In this document: positions 13,719-26,567 of the stretch, piece after piece
How the letters are laid out: every line of letters starts with the position of its first letter
Numbering within the stretch: the stretch's first letter is position 1
DNA from: Antedon mediterranea
Lineage: Eukaryota > Animalia > Echinodermata
Reading direction: 5' to 3'
NCBI RefSeq assembly: GCF_964355755.1
Contig: NC_092673.1
Location: 1-64,000 of the forward strand
Length of the DNA stretch: 64,000 nt
The notes under the pieces: generated by a model
Told to the model about the DNA's origin: nothing
What the model saw: only the letters and a program-made list of their open reading frames with translations
Databases searched by the model: none
Position numbers and translations under genes: made by a program

Positions 13719-16586
13719 TATATATATATATATATCATCCTAAACCTGAAGCTTAGTGCTGAATTGTGTCTAAATGATCTTTTAAATGTATAGACCTAAC
13801 TTTGACCATGCTTTGATAAAAGAGTAAATTATCTGGCCATATATGACATCAAAACATCCGTTAAGTACAATTTAAACATGAAGGTCACCTTTAATTAAGC
13901 GAACCAGTACATTATTTAAATTTTTATACGTGATGACGTAATCAAAATGAAATTGGTGGTAAACCATGAGAAATACAATTAAATTTGCCCATTGAAAGGA
14001 CAGTGACGCAAACAATGAAAACGCAGCTAATGATTATAAATTGATTTGAGCATTTGTTTTTATAATTGTGGTGTGATTATATGTTAAACCTTGAATGTAG
14101 TTTATGTGTAGCGAATTTAATTGATATCTGACAAGCAGTTATGAAAAGTGGTAGGGTGGTCAAACAAAATCAATAGGGTCAGAGATCTTACGTTGCAGCC
14201 CTAAGTGTATGGAACAGTTTACTAGTCTGAACACTTTAAGATCAACCTGACGTCGCTATTCGCTGTGATAATATTGGTCTCAAATTGATTAGTACATTCA
14301 TATAAAGGGATATTTTAGTAAAAATGACATCACAACAGAAAGATAAAAACAATGAAAATGTATATTTACAATGGGATAAGGCACTGCAATGTGTCTCATG
14401 ATAATGATGTGTTGTTTTGTTTTATATCATTACGGTATATACTGGCACCTGGAGAGGATCGGTTTAACTGTGCTATTGGTCAGTGGGTTAACTGTACTAT
14501 TGGTCATATAAAATATAACATGAATGGAATCTGAAATACAGAAACATCTTGTTAAAAAGAGGAAAACGATTCATGTACCTAATTTTACCTTTGAGAAACG
14601 AATTCTATATCATTATTAAAATGTATCCGAATAAACCCCCGCTTTGAATAAACAATGACCCTCCCTCGAATAAATCCATCCCCCTCCCCCACCCCCACCC
14701 CTCTATACCCCCATAGGATGGAATAATGATACGATCTGGTTAGACAGAGTTTCATTGGTGAAATGATGGCTGCTAAATTTGTGTCAAGATCAATATTATT
14801 ATGGATGAGGAGTTATACTAGTAGGTCGATTCAAAGTAATTGGAACATCGCTAATCTTATAAGAACGCAAATATTTCTCTTCCCTGGGATTTTCTTAGAT
14901 TGTCGTATATTGTTTATATATTATTTATTATTATCTATTTCAATTAGTTTTCGTTCACACGCACACAACTGACTTGTTTGGCAATTATTTATTAATTTTA
15001 TTTGGCTTATAACAATTGTGTCATGCCTGTTGTTATTATTATTACAAAAACACACCGTTAACATAAGTCCATAATGATAAGTAATTTTTTTTTTTAATTT
15101 AAATTAACAGGTACAATATATATTATGATCTTAATCTAAGCTATAAACGGATTGCATGGTACTTGTGCAACAACCACGCCAGTATATGAGTGAATGGTCC
15201 GTGAGCACAATCACAGTTACTGAAGCTTGTATACGTACAAACTTAAATTACGGTATGTAAAATATAACGTTCAAGCATGAAATACATATTAATTTATATG
15301 ACAAAATATACTGAAATAGCCATAAAATACTTACATTTAACTGTACTAGTAGTCCCCTCCAAGAGACTAATTACACAACATGTGGTTATAGGTTGTATGC
15401 AAATTCATTGGTTGTGACTGATTAAATGATTTAAGGATTATTCCATTTTACAGGAAGAGAGGTCATGACGTGTGATTGAATTAATACAATTATCCCAAGT
15501 TCCCAACCTATACAATTTGAGGATTTATACAGAGCAATTAAACAAGTTAAAAATATAGGACTAGTTTGCGATTTCGGTAAAAATAGTGAGCCCCAATATT
15601 ATAATTTCGTCATTTGCTGCCATGCTGCGTATAGGCCATGGTATGGTGGAACCCAATCCGCAAAACAGCTTCGCTTTTTAACTTTCCATAATTAAATCCT
15701 TTTAAGATGATTGTTACAAGACGATAATGGGAACTCATTGCTACTATTTTGACATAAGTACCCATAACCTTATGTTATAGGGTGACATCAAAAGAAAATA
15801 AAAAGAGAGTAGCCCAGCACATCACAGCTAGCGAATATTGGCTACAGTGGACAACTTAACAAAGAAGGTATCATCATGCAAAAATTAAATTATATTATGA
15901 AAGATAGTATGGTACAATCCTTTATTTGTGCAATATAATTTTAATCGGACTGGTTTTAGACTATTGGGTTAGGAATCGGTCTCGCAAGATATCGACATTT
16001 TATTTTATCCAAATCTATTTTTTATTGTAACAATAGCCTATTTTAAATGTTTAACATTTCATAAAGTTTTCAATACTCTTGTTTTTTTAACTCTTATTTT
16101 ATATTTTGAGTCTGGAAAAAGTGAAAAAAGTTTGGTCACTTAATTGTTCAGTCTTTTGATGTATTTAATGCCTAATTAGCAATTGGCAAAGGAAAGTTAA
16201 ATTTCCAGATTATAGACAACGAAAATCTTTGAATGAATGTCACGATTGACATTCGCATTCCACAAGATTTCCTCATCTAGAATCGCTTCAAAATGAAAGG
16301 AATTATGATTAGATTAATTTTCAGTATATTATCATCGGGCGGTTTGATTTAGAATTTTCTGAATAAATAAATGAATTAATAACAGCGATAGTCTCCAAAT
16401 AAGGAAGTCATCGAACAGCCCCTACCAAATATGGAATTTGGGTATTATAATATCTGATAAACCCGGAAGTGTAGAATACAGTACACCACTAGTATACTAT
16501 ACTACTAGCCCTTCGAGTAGAGGAGGGAGGTACAAGAACTTAATTCGCAAAACATCGATTTTTCAATCTAATAATATTCAGTCGAG

Positions 16587-19500
16587 ATGTCTGTGACGTT
16601 AAGTAAGTATTACAGTGTGCGCTGCATTTGAAATAAAATGTTAGGCCTAGTAGTCTAGGCCTACTAGGTACGTACTAGGCGTTAGCTAGTGAGGCCTTCT
16701 TTCTTGCTAGGCCCTACCTACTACGGCGGCGCCTCTATCTATACATACTACTAGTACTACTAACTAGTACAACTAGCTCTTTAGACGATCGGGCCCATAA
16801 TGGATGATCGGGCTTATTTCCAAGCGGGTACCAACGCGTGTGTGGCTCAACATAATTATTCTTGCTTGTAATAAACCATTTATAAAGCCTGTTTTCCTGT
16901 CGACGTTAAGTTACGTTGAGTTGCGTTGAGTTGACATATTCAACGATTTAACAGGAAAAGGGGGTAAAACTTAACGTTGAAAATCGTTAAAATCTTAAAT
17001 CGTTAAAGTTGAACTCGATTCAACTTTAACGATTACGATCGTTACGATCGTTAAAACTGACCAATCAAATGGTCCACAAATTACGTCATTGCAGTTTGTG
17101 AAAAAATAGGTACGCGCTGACAATTCTTGAATGTTTACAACGCGACGATGTTTTTCACCTTTTTTGTACACTTTTAAGGTATGATATTTATAAAAAACAA
17201 GTGTAAGTTAAATTAAATTATAATATTAAACCAATTAAATTTAATGTTTGTCTTTAGTGTAAGCCTAGATTAAGATATCAACGAAAGTATGTCCTAGGCT
17301 GGGTTTAAGCATCAAAACCCGTAACTTTTTCAATTTTCACGCGGTCCCGGCTGCGCGCGGCCGGCCTTAGTTTTGCAACACTTCACGTCCGCGTGTCCCA
17401 GCAACGCTCGAGAGAACCAAGAAACTATGAACGATCGCGTAAAAATGTGTAAATATTGGCGGTCCGACTCGATCATCGTCATCGCTATTTTATTTTCAAC
17501 TTTAACGATTTTAAACTCAACGCAACTCAACGTATTTCAACGTCGACAGGAAAACAGGCTTAAAAGGCCTGTTTCTGCTAGACGGTAGAACATAATAAAA
17601 GCACATCAATCAAGCCCACGATGGGTCATGCTAATCTGCGCCCGGTAGGGTTTAATTATGATATAACATTTTATCAAGTAGTAGTACATACTAACAATAC
17701 ATATTTATTGAATGATCTTGTGATATTTAATTATTTTAACGCAGTGGCTAAAAATATGGTACCGTATCCTAACTTCTGCTTGCTAAAGGTATAGTATGGT
17801 AAAATTGCATTACGTCATATTAATCAGCCAGTGAGTGGGGTGTACGTATATTAGTATTTTGTATTGCCTGATTAAAACACCCTATGAACAACATTGAACA
17901 TGACTTGTTTTTTTTCTCTATTAATGTGTTTCACTCTAAAGGGTCTCTGTATGCAGCCCTTCCAAGGACCGAAAGAGCTAAAAGCATGAAACTTGGTGGA
18001 GATCCCAAAGGAAAAAACTTTCTGTACTGTAATGGAAATTCAGTTTTTATTAGAGACATTGAGGTAAGTTTTATTGATTAGTAGCAAAGAACCCCATGAA
18101 TTTTGTTTAATTTTTATCCTTTCTGATTCCTCATTGCAGAAATATAATTGACCTTTGTGTAATATAAACATATAGTACACACCAATCAAAATGGAGTTGA
18201 AATACTAGTCTGTGATTTTTAAATTTACCTTTGAATATAACAATTTCAATACATGTTTGAGCTATGTTGGCTTAATGTGTACTCTCACATTGATTTAAAT
18301 TGAGTTATTCTTTATTGTTGTTGAAAATGAAAACATCAATCTCACTTATAATCTTAAGGATATGTGGTTTGTAGTCAAATTGAGATTGATGTTTTCATAT
18401 ACTGTATGTTGTTTTAAACCTATTATTCAATTTCAATTTGTATTTTATGTATCCAACACTCATCATTTCATCTTTACAGAATCCAACACTATGTGATATT
18501 TACAGTCAGCATTCAAAGGATACAACTGTGGCTGCATATTCTCCTAGCGGCTTCTACATTGCCTCTGCAGGTAGATTAGTATACACAATGAATGTTTATT
18601 AGTGTAATGGTACAACTAATGGCATGAGATGAATGAAGGTTATATATCAACGAGGCAAAGCCAAGTTGATATTTAACCTTTCATCATTCACCAAATGCAA
18701 TTATTTGTACCACCATTACACGAATATAAAACATTCATTATTTGTTTTATATAACATCTAAATAACCCTAACCCTGTCATTTGAATCAAATAAAAGGTAG
18801 CCCTAGCCAAGGCCTACAGTTGATTCACATTGATTAAAACACTAACATTTGGTTTTTAATAATTATTATATTAAATGTTATATTTATATAGATTTAATAA
18901 ACACGATCTAAAGCTAATTTAAATGCCTTTTTGATCTAAATTAGTACATATATCTCTCCAGAAATGTACTTCCATCGCATTTTTTTTTTCGTACACGAGA
19001 AAATGTAGTAGTATACGATCGTTTAATAGTGCGTACTATTGCACGCCATGACCCACATTCGTCCAATCAAATGACAGGAATTATTTAGGTGTTATATAAT
19101 GTACATTATAATAGGTATCCCAATGAAAGCGCACAGAGGGGTATCACTTTTGAAATATTGACGAAATTCGAAAAAGTAGTATGACTTTGATGTTAAATAA
19201 ATCGTATTCAATCTTAATTAATACTTACAAAATTTATATTGTTTGAAAGTACTTGTTTTAATCTATGTATAAGTGTGTTTATAATTAAAATTAATGAATT
19301 AGTTGCCGAGAAAATGCGATTTTAAAACGGTTCTAAAATCCCGTCGAGCCGATTTCCGCGCGTTGAAAACCTCATCGGAAAATCCCCATCAGTTTTCAAA
19401 ACACGATCGCACGATTACCATTGGAGCTAGCGGATTAATTTTTGTTGTATGTTATCAGGCTTTAAATAAGCTTTAATTTGATACAAAAATCGTCTTCTAT

Positions 19501-22500
19501 AAATAGGTTTTTCGTAACGAAAAGTCAATTTTTGTGACAAAAATCCAATTTTGATTCACCGTTTATGGAAAAATATTATGGATTTTGGTATTAAATTATA
19601 GCTAAATCTACATTGAAATCGATAAAACATAGTTTACAAACGTATTGTGCATGGTAATTGTGCGAACTACATTTTAAAATGGTGCATGAGGCGTAAATCC
19701 CGTTCAAAATTTTAAAGATCCAACCATTATAATCCGGTGAATATTGTAGTGAGTAAAATATTGTACTCTAAAATACGCGCGTGTTTGTTGTGGCGTTTTC
19801 CGTTAAATACATTAATGCACCCTATCAGCGAATGGTACGTTCCATATTTTGAACACGTTGTTTAGTTTTCCTCGCTCGAGTTCGACCGGCTCGACGCGAG
19901 ATGTGTGACAGCAGCGATGTCGGAGATTGACATGTCCTTTTCCGTCGTAGAATATCTGGTTTTACACATTAATTTAACAACTTAAAATTGATGTAATGTG
20001 CGGAAGATTTATTATGCAAGTATACAATGCAAATGCGTTAGGTTAAAATGTACCGAGGAAATTTATTAAGCTAATTTACCAACGTTACATTTGACTCTGT
20101 ATACGGCGGCCGAAAGTCATTAACTGCAACCGAAATACTTTAACGGGAGCGACTACTGATCGCGAGTAAGCCGTGACTTGGCCTAAACTTTAGCTCCGTA
20201 TTTCAATTTAATAACGTAATAATACGAAAAGAAAACAATTTTTATAATGTTATATATACTATTCAGGTAAACAATTAATTGTTTTAATTAACATTGATTA
20301 TTTTAAATGAGTTTATTTTGACCCATATTGTGCGTTTGCCTTAAAAGAGCATATCTTACTTAGCAGCCCGGCTTAGATTTGGTGTCATAATCATATGGGC
20401 CTAAAATCTTGTTTTACGTATTCAAAAGTTATATATAATAGTATTTATGATTGAAATTATAAATATAAAGTATATTAAAATATTCTAATAATTATACTTA
20501 CCGAAAATTAGTGTAAAAGAAAGGAAACAGTACACACCGTTTTTAACATACTTTTTCATTTTTTTTTTTATAATTTTAAATTTCACCATTAAAAAAATTT
20601 TTTTTTTTCATATACACATCTAAAATATATTTATTAATGAAATATACACTACATTCTAACAAGTACAAAAAAAATTAAATGAATTAGTACAGTAGTTCAA
20701 AAGTTACAGATCATTGAAAAATTACAGTTTTTTCATTTTTTAGGGAATTCCAGCAAAAATAGGCGTTAAATGCTTTCCTACCACTTTGCGGACCAATAAT
20801 TTAAAAAATAGGTTTCGTTGAGGCTCCAAAAAAAATAGAGTTGTACAACTCTGTGATATCTATAGGTTTAACAAAATTCAAAACTTTTAACTAATTATTG
20901 TAAAAGTTATAACCTTTTAAAAATGCTTCCAATTTCAACTGCAAAAAACACAATTTTTTGGCAAAAAATCGTATATTTTTTTACCACTTTAAATAACCAT
21001 AACTTTAGAACGGGTAATCGGATTTCAATCATTTAAATTGCAAAATGCTAATTACATTAAGTTCTTTATGGTTAACTGAAAGAAAATGTAAAAAAATTAA
21101 TCTGAATTTTTTCATTGGGATACCTAATTATAATGTCAACAGTTGCCAATTTACATTGTTTTCCCAAAATTTATTAATGTACATAAATTCAATATCATTC
21201 AATGTGGCAATACTCAGCACTGTATTCATTGATTTATATTTTGTATTTACTGTGTACAGTTATTTAGTACACTGGATGTTTTAAAGTACATAGGTAGGTC
21301 TATTTGGGTTAATTGTTAATAATGTTTCAGCACTATCAGGAGAGTCTTTTATAGCGATATTTTTTGCTTTTTGACAATCCGCCAGGATAGTGTTCTGCGC
21401 TTTTTCTCTGCTTGTTGTTGTTCTATGTAATTTATGCTTTTTGTATTTTTTTTGTTTTATTTTTCTGGATAATAAATGAATATGAATATGAATATGAATA
21501 TGAAATAATGACAATTTTATTTTGCAGATATATCCGGTAAAGTCCGTATCTGGGACACAACACAAAAAGAGCATATTCTTAAAAATGAATACCAACCTAT
21601 TTCTGGCCAAATCACTGATATCGCATGGTCTGATGATAGCAAACGGCTAGCTATAACAGGTGCTGGGAAACAGTCGTAAGTAAAATGAAGTGTATCCAGG
21701 ATGTTTGGAGGTGGCGAAAGGAGGTTTCTTAGTCCTCCTAAATCCACTAGTTTATTCACGTCCACAAGTTGTAATGACCATATAACATTTTTTAAATATA
21801 GAATCTTAACCATAACTGCTTTAAATTTTAAAAGATACAAATGTTATCTTAATTAATTGCATTAGATTCGCTGCAGTTTTCCTTGCTGACACTGGTACAA
21901 CAGTTGGTACAATAAATTGCCATAGTTCGGTTACAAACTCAATTGCCTACCGACCTACTCGTCCATTCAGGATTGTTACAGCATCTGACGATAGAACTGC
22001 CGGAATGTTTGAAGGACCACCATTCAAATACAAGAAAGTTCTTGAAGTAAGTGCAGTATACTTAAACAGCACTGTGGTCATGTTACAAGAGATTATCTGA
22101 TAAAAATCCTAGAAATGTAAAATTGTTTTATATTATTTATGACATTCCCATTATTTATATAAACATTATTATAACACACCTATTCTTGCCATTTGATTGG
22201 AAAAATTGGCAGCCCCTTTTTTTTCTTGTTTAGTGAGAGTTGATTTAACACTATTCCATAAAAAAAAAAAAATGCTAAAACAGTATTCTTTTAAACTTGT
22301 TTTATTAGGATCATGCTGGTTTTGTTAATATTGTCAGATACTCATCAGATGGTAAAATCTTTGCAACTGGTTCATCCGATAGAAAGGTATGTTCTTTTTT
22401 AATTTTGATTCTCTATAAAAATAAATTATTTTAACTTTAGTTTTAAAAATTCAAATTATCTTGTCTACTTATAAAGCTATATAATCGGCACGGGTCCAGT

Positions 22501-25500
22501 GTACACATCTAGCTCATGTGCACTTTAAAGAACCCAGTGCATATTTCAGAAGAGTAGGGGGTTACCCTGGTTCATCTCAGCCCCTGTCATGGACATACAA
22601 AAGAGCACTGTTTGGAGGCAGAACTCGATCACAAACAGACCCTTAAGGGAGTAGAAAGTAATGGTATGTGTTGTCCACACCTGTGCGCAATTCAGCCCAG
22701 TAGGCTGCAATTTGCAGGTTATTTTCCCATTTACGTTTACATAATATATAATTTTCTTTTAGGTGTTTTTATATGAGGGTAAAGATGGTATGTTATTGCA
22801 CCCACTTGGTGGTGAAGGAACAGAAGTTCATTCTGGTGGAGTCATGTCTGTAAGTAAAGTTGGGTTTAGCCGTGAGTGATCATTTAGCTTTTGCGCCACT
22901 GTATGAAGTTAACTCCTGTACTTGTTTCTTTGTTAGCTTGCATGGAGCCCAGACAACACACAACTGCTGACAGTTTCAGCAGACAAAACTGCTAAACTCT
23001 GGGATGTTTCTGAAAACAAACTGGTTGCGTAAGTCATTACCTCAAACTCTTTCTAACAATTAAATCTGACTTTGTGCTCTAAATATTATTAGAAATGTAT
23101 ACAGTTGGTGTTATAGATGATTCAAATTATTAATTTGAACTTGTATATTTCATAGTGAGCATTTCTTTGGCAATGATGTTGGCAACCAACAGCTTGGTTG
23201 TCTCTGGCAGGGACAACACATTCTTTCTGTTTCTCTATCTGGCGACATTTCCTACCTTGATTTTTCAAGTCCGTCCAAAGTCATCCGTACACTCAAGGTA
23301 TGTTTTGATGCAAAGCAATACCACTTATAGTTATATTACTTTACTTCATCTGCTTTCTATAGTAGTGTGAAATATCCTGTTTAACCAAGTGTGTAAATCT
23401 TACAATATACACTGCTTTCCCAATGTGTTAGAGCAACAAGCCATATTTATTATTGACATACAGGAGTATCATTTTAAAGATGAACTTACTTTACTAGTGT
23501 TTGTGTGTGTGAGTATGGCGATAAATGCAAATGCACTCTTCAACTTCATTCTGCAATCCTTTTGATCTAAGTCAAAGTTTTACGAAATGCACCTTATAAA
23601 AGTAGCAAATTTAATGAATTTAGTAAAGTCTGTATATTTACTTTATCTCCATCTACTGTATATATTTTTCAGGGACACCAGAAAACTATTACTGCAATGA
23701 CTCTGTCAAATGACAAATCAACTCTATTCTCTGGAAGCTTTGACAACCGAATCCATATCCTTTTATTGTCATCTGGTCATTGTTAATGCACTGTGACCCT
23801 TTTCTTTTCCTTGGCTTGAGAAGTGATTTTATTTCTACATCATACATTGGAAATAATAAACATCTATTCCACATCAACTTAGCATATTTAATATGATTAT
23901 GTGCTACAGTATATAAAAATTCATATTCCAATTCATACTTTCACTTCAGTGCAGTTTCATTTAGATTCAGTATAACTTCTTAACATAACCTACGCTCATG
24001 GAGTAGAGATTCTGGTGAATGTGAAGAAATTGTAGGTAATGCACACAAAAATCAAATAAACCGCATGATTGCTATTGAAAACAAGATTGTTACAGCCGCA
24101 ATGGATGATACAGTCAAAAGCTTTGATAGTAATTCAAAGCAGTTTACGTAAGTTATTTGGGCTTGAATTACTCTTTAAGCTTGAACTGGGTGGTCTGCAG
24201 ATTACAACTTACTCTTTAAGCTTGAACTGGGTGGTCTGCAGATTACAACTTACTCTTTAAGCTTGAACTGGGTGGTCTGCAGATTACAACTTACTCTTTA
24301 AGCTTGAACTGGGTGGTCTGCAGATTACAACTTACTCTTTAAGCTTGAACTGGGTGGTCTGCAGATTACAACTTACTCTTTAAGCTTGAACTGGGTGGTC
24401 TGCAGATTACAACTTACTCTTTAAGCTTGAACTGGGTGGTCTGCAGATTACAACTTACTCTTTAAGCTTGAACTGGGTGGTCTGCAGATTACAACTTACT
24501 CTTTAAGCTTGAACTGGGTGGTCTGCAGATTACAACTTACTCTTTAAGCTTGAACTGGGTGGTCTGCAGATTACAACTTACTCTTTAAGCTTGAACTGGG
24601 TGGTCTGCAGATTACAACTTACTCTTTAAGCTTGAACTGGGTGGTCTGCAGATTACAACTTACTCTTTAAGCTTGAACTGGGTGGTCTGCAGATTACAAC
24701 TTACTCTTTAAGCTTGAACTGGGTGGTCTGCAGATTACAACTTACTCTTTAAGCTTGAACTGGGTGGTCTGCAGATTACAACTTACTCTTTAAGCTTGAA
24801 CTGGGTGGTCTGCAGATTACAACTTACTCTTTAAGCTTGAACTGGGTGGTCTGCAGATTACAACTTACTCTTTAAGCTTGAACTGGGTGGTCTGCAGATT
24901 ACAACTTACTCTTTAAGCTTGAACTGGGTGGTCTGCAGATTACAACTTTACATTTTTTATGTACAGATTATTTATGATTTAAAATCAGAAACCCAATTAT
25001 TCATTCACACTTATTAAGCAATATATATTTACATTATATGCAATGTTGCAGGGATCTTACAGAGAAAAGCTTATTGTCTTTAGTCGTAAAACCCTTTGAA
25101 AAGTTTTATACAAGTTGATGGGAAAAAATAATACTAGAGTAATTGTTTAATTGTGTATTCTTTTTAAAGGGATGAATCATTTGGAACAAATGGTGTTCCC
25201 AAAGGATTGAGTTGTATTGGAGACTTAACAGTTGTTGCAACTGTTAATGAAGTAAGTCCCTCTGTAAATCCAGACATGATTGAACCACCAGCATTTTTCA
25301 TTGTTTTTAATATTAACAACATAAATGGAGAATTTTTCTTAATAATATCATCATGCATATACAGTAATACACTTTTATTTTTAGGTAACATTATTAAGAA
25401 ATGGGAAAAAAGTCTTTAGTCAACCAGAAAAATGTGAATCATATTCTGCATCAATTCACCCAGGAAAGACAGAAGTTGCTGTAGGAAGGCAGGTCAGTAA

Positions 25501-26567
25501 TGAGTACATTTAATTCTACTGCTTTAAACAGCAATTTATGTCTATTTATAATGCTATAGTTGCTTCTAAAGTAATAATAACTAATGACGTCTTGTAATAG
25601 TGTAATACTTATTCTATTACTGTAATTTCACTCAATAATGGTTATACTACACACTATATAATCTACATAAAGATGTATCACTAAAGTTTTTATTTTTTTT
25701 TATAGGATAACAAAGTATTCATCTACAAAATAGAAGGAGATACCCTTGTGAAGAGCAGCGAGCTGGAGGCCAAGGGTAGCGTGAATGATGTTTGTTATTC
25801 ACCTGATGGAGCTTACCTTGCAGCTGTCAATTCTAACAAAACAGTCAATGTACATAAGGTGGATGAATCTTATATGGTAAGAATCCTTCAAGAAAATATT
25901 ATATACCAATCAATTGTTAACTTTTTATAATTATACTTTGTATATGTTTTTCCCCTTAAAATGTGTGTGTAGTTATTACCAAATAGATGGACACACCATA
26001 CTGCAAGTGTAATGAGGGTTGATTGGTCACCAGACAGTCGTTACCTGGCCACTGTCGGACTGGACACTAATATTATTATATGGAGTATTGAAAACCCAAG
26101 CAACCCAATTTTGAGACAAAGTAGGTTGTTTCATCAGATTTCAAATAATTATTTATATATTTTGAATGCAAATACAAGTAAGGATTTACCTCAACATGAC
26201 TAATTGTAGGTTGTCATAGTGGCTGTAAAATTCCAATTGTTTGACCTTTAAACTCTGACCCTGCTATTATTAGATAGCAAACAAAACGTTGTTGGTAATA
26301 TGAGGCTTATGTTTCCCATGCCATTTGATAAATGTATTATTCAGTCTTATTATACTATATATTTTTTTTAGTTTACTATTTATTTAGCATACATAAATAT
26401 TAAATTTGTTATATATTTACTTGACGTGATTGTCTGTTTTAATATTTTTCATTATAGGAGCACATGGTACTGGTGCCATTAATAGCATAGTATGGCTAAG
26501 TGAAAACACAATTGCAACAGCTGGTGCTGATAGCTGTCTTAAGGAATGGACCATAGAGCATGCATAG
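16587..26567 (+). CDS. WDR1: WD repeat protein 1 / actin-interacting protein 1, 16 exons
   Basis: Exons 16587-16602, 17942-18063, 18480-18570, 21528-21675, 21866-22046, 22309-22386, 22763-22849, 22937-23028, 23156-23297, 23673-23754, 23994-24147, 25170-25251, 25385-25492, 25706-25876, 25973-26120, 26458-26567. Diagnostic segments: [64 protein letters not shown]. Confidence 0.95.
16886..17560. mobile_element. Non-autonomous TIR element (PIF/Harbinger-like MITE) in WDR1 intron 1
   Basis: TIRs AGCCTGTTTTCCTGTCGACGTT / AACGTCGACAGGAAAACAGGCT extend imperfectly to about 45 bp. TAA flanks both sides (16883-16885, 17561-17563). Confidence 0.85.
18587..19099. mobile_element. Hairpin-rich non-autonomous repeat (Crypton-like architecture, tentative)
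   Basis: Imperfect hairpin at 18587-18738 centred on TATATCAACGAGGCAAAGCCAAGTTGATAT, plus inverted repeats 18747-18765 / 19081-19099 with one mismatch. The family assignment is from memory only. Confidence 0.45.
19112..21126. mobile_element. 2.0-kb non-autonomous TIR DNA transposon in WDR1 intron 3
   Basis: Perfect 17-bp TIRs TAGGTATCCCAATGAAA / TTTCATTGGGATACCTA. ATTATAA is duplicated at 19105-19111 and 21127-21133. No transposase ORF. Confidence 0.82.
22485..22600 (+). mobile_element. SINE remnant resembling the Nin/Deu conserved domain
   Basis: GTGCACTTTAAAGAACCCAGTGCA..GAAGAGTAGGGGGTTACCCTGGT resembles the Deu/Nin-domain core as I recall it. Boundaries are approximate. Confidence 0.45.
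23755..23993 (+). other. U12-type (minor spliceosome) AT-AC intron in WDR1
   Basis: 5' site ATATCCTTTT at 23755, branch site TTCTTAAC at 23977-23984, terminal AC at 23992-23993. Removal gives the in-frame WD repeat [11 protein letters not shown]. Confidence 0.93.
24168..24947. repeat. 41-bp tandem repeat, about 19 identical copies (WDR1 intron 11)
   Basis: Unit TTACTCTTTAAGCTTGAACTGGGTGGTCTGCAGATTACAAC. Confidence 0.97.

Noticed and set aside
24168-24947. CRISPR-like array
   Set aside because: Units are contiguous and identical with no unique spacers, the context is a eukaryotic intron, and there are no cas genes.
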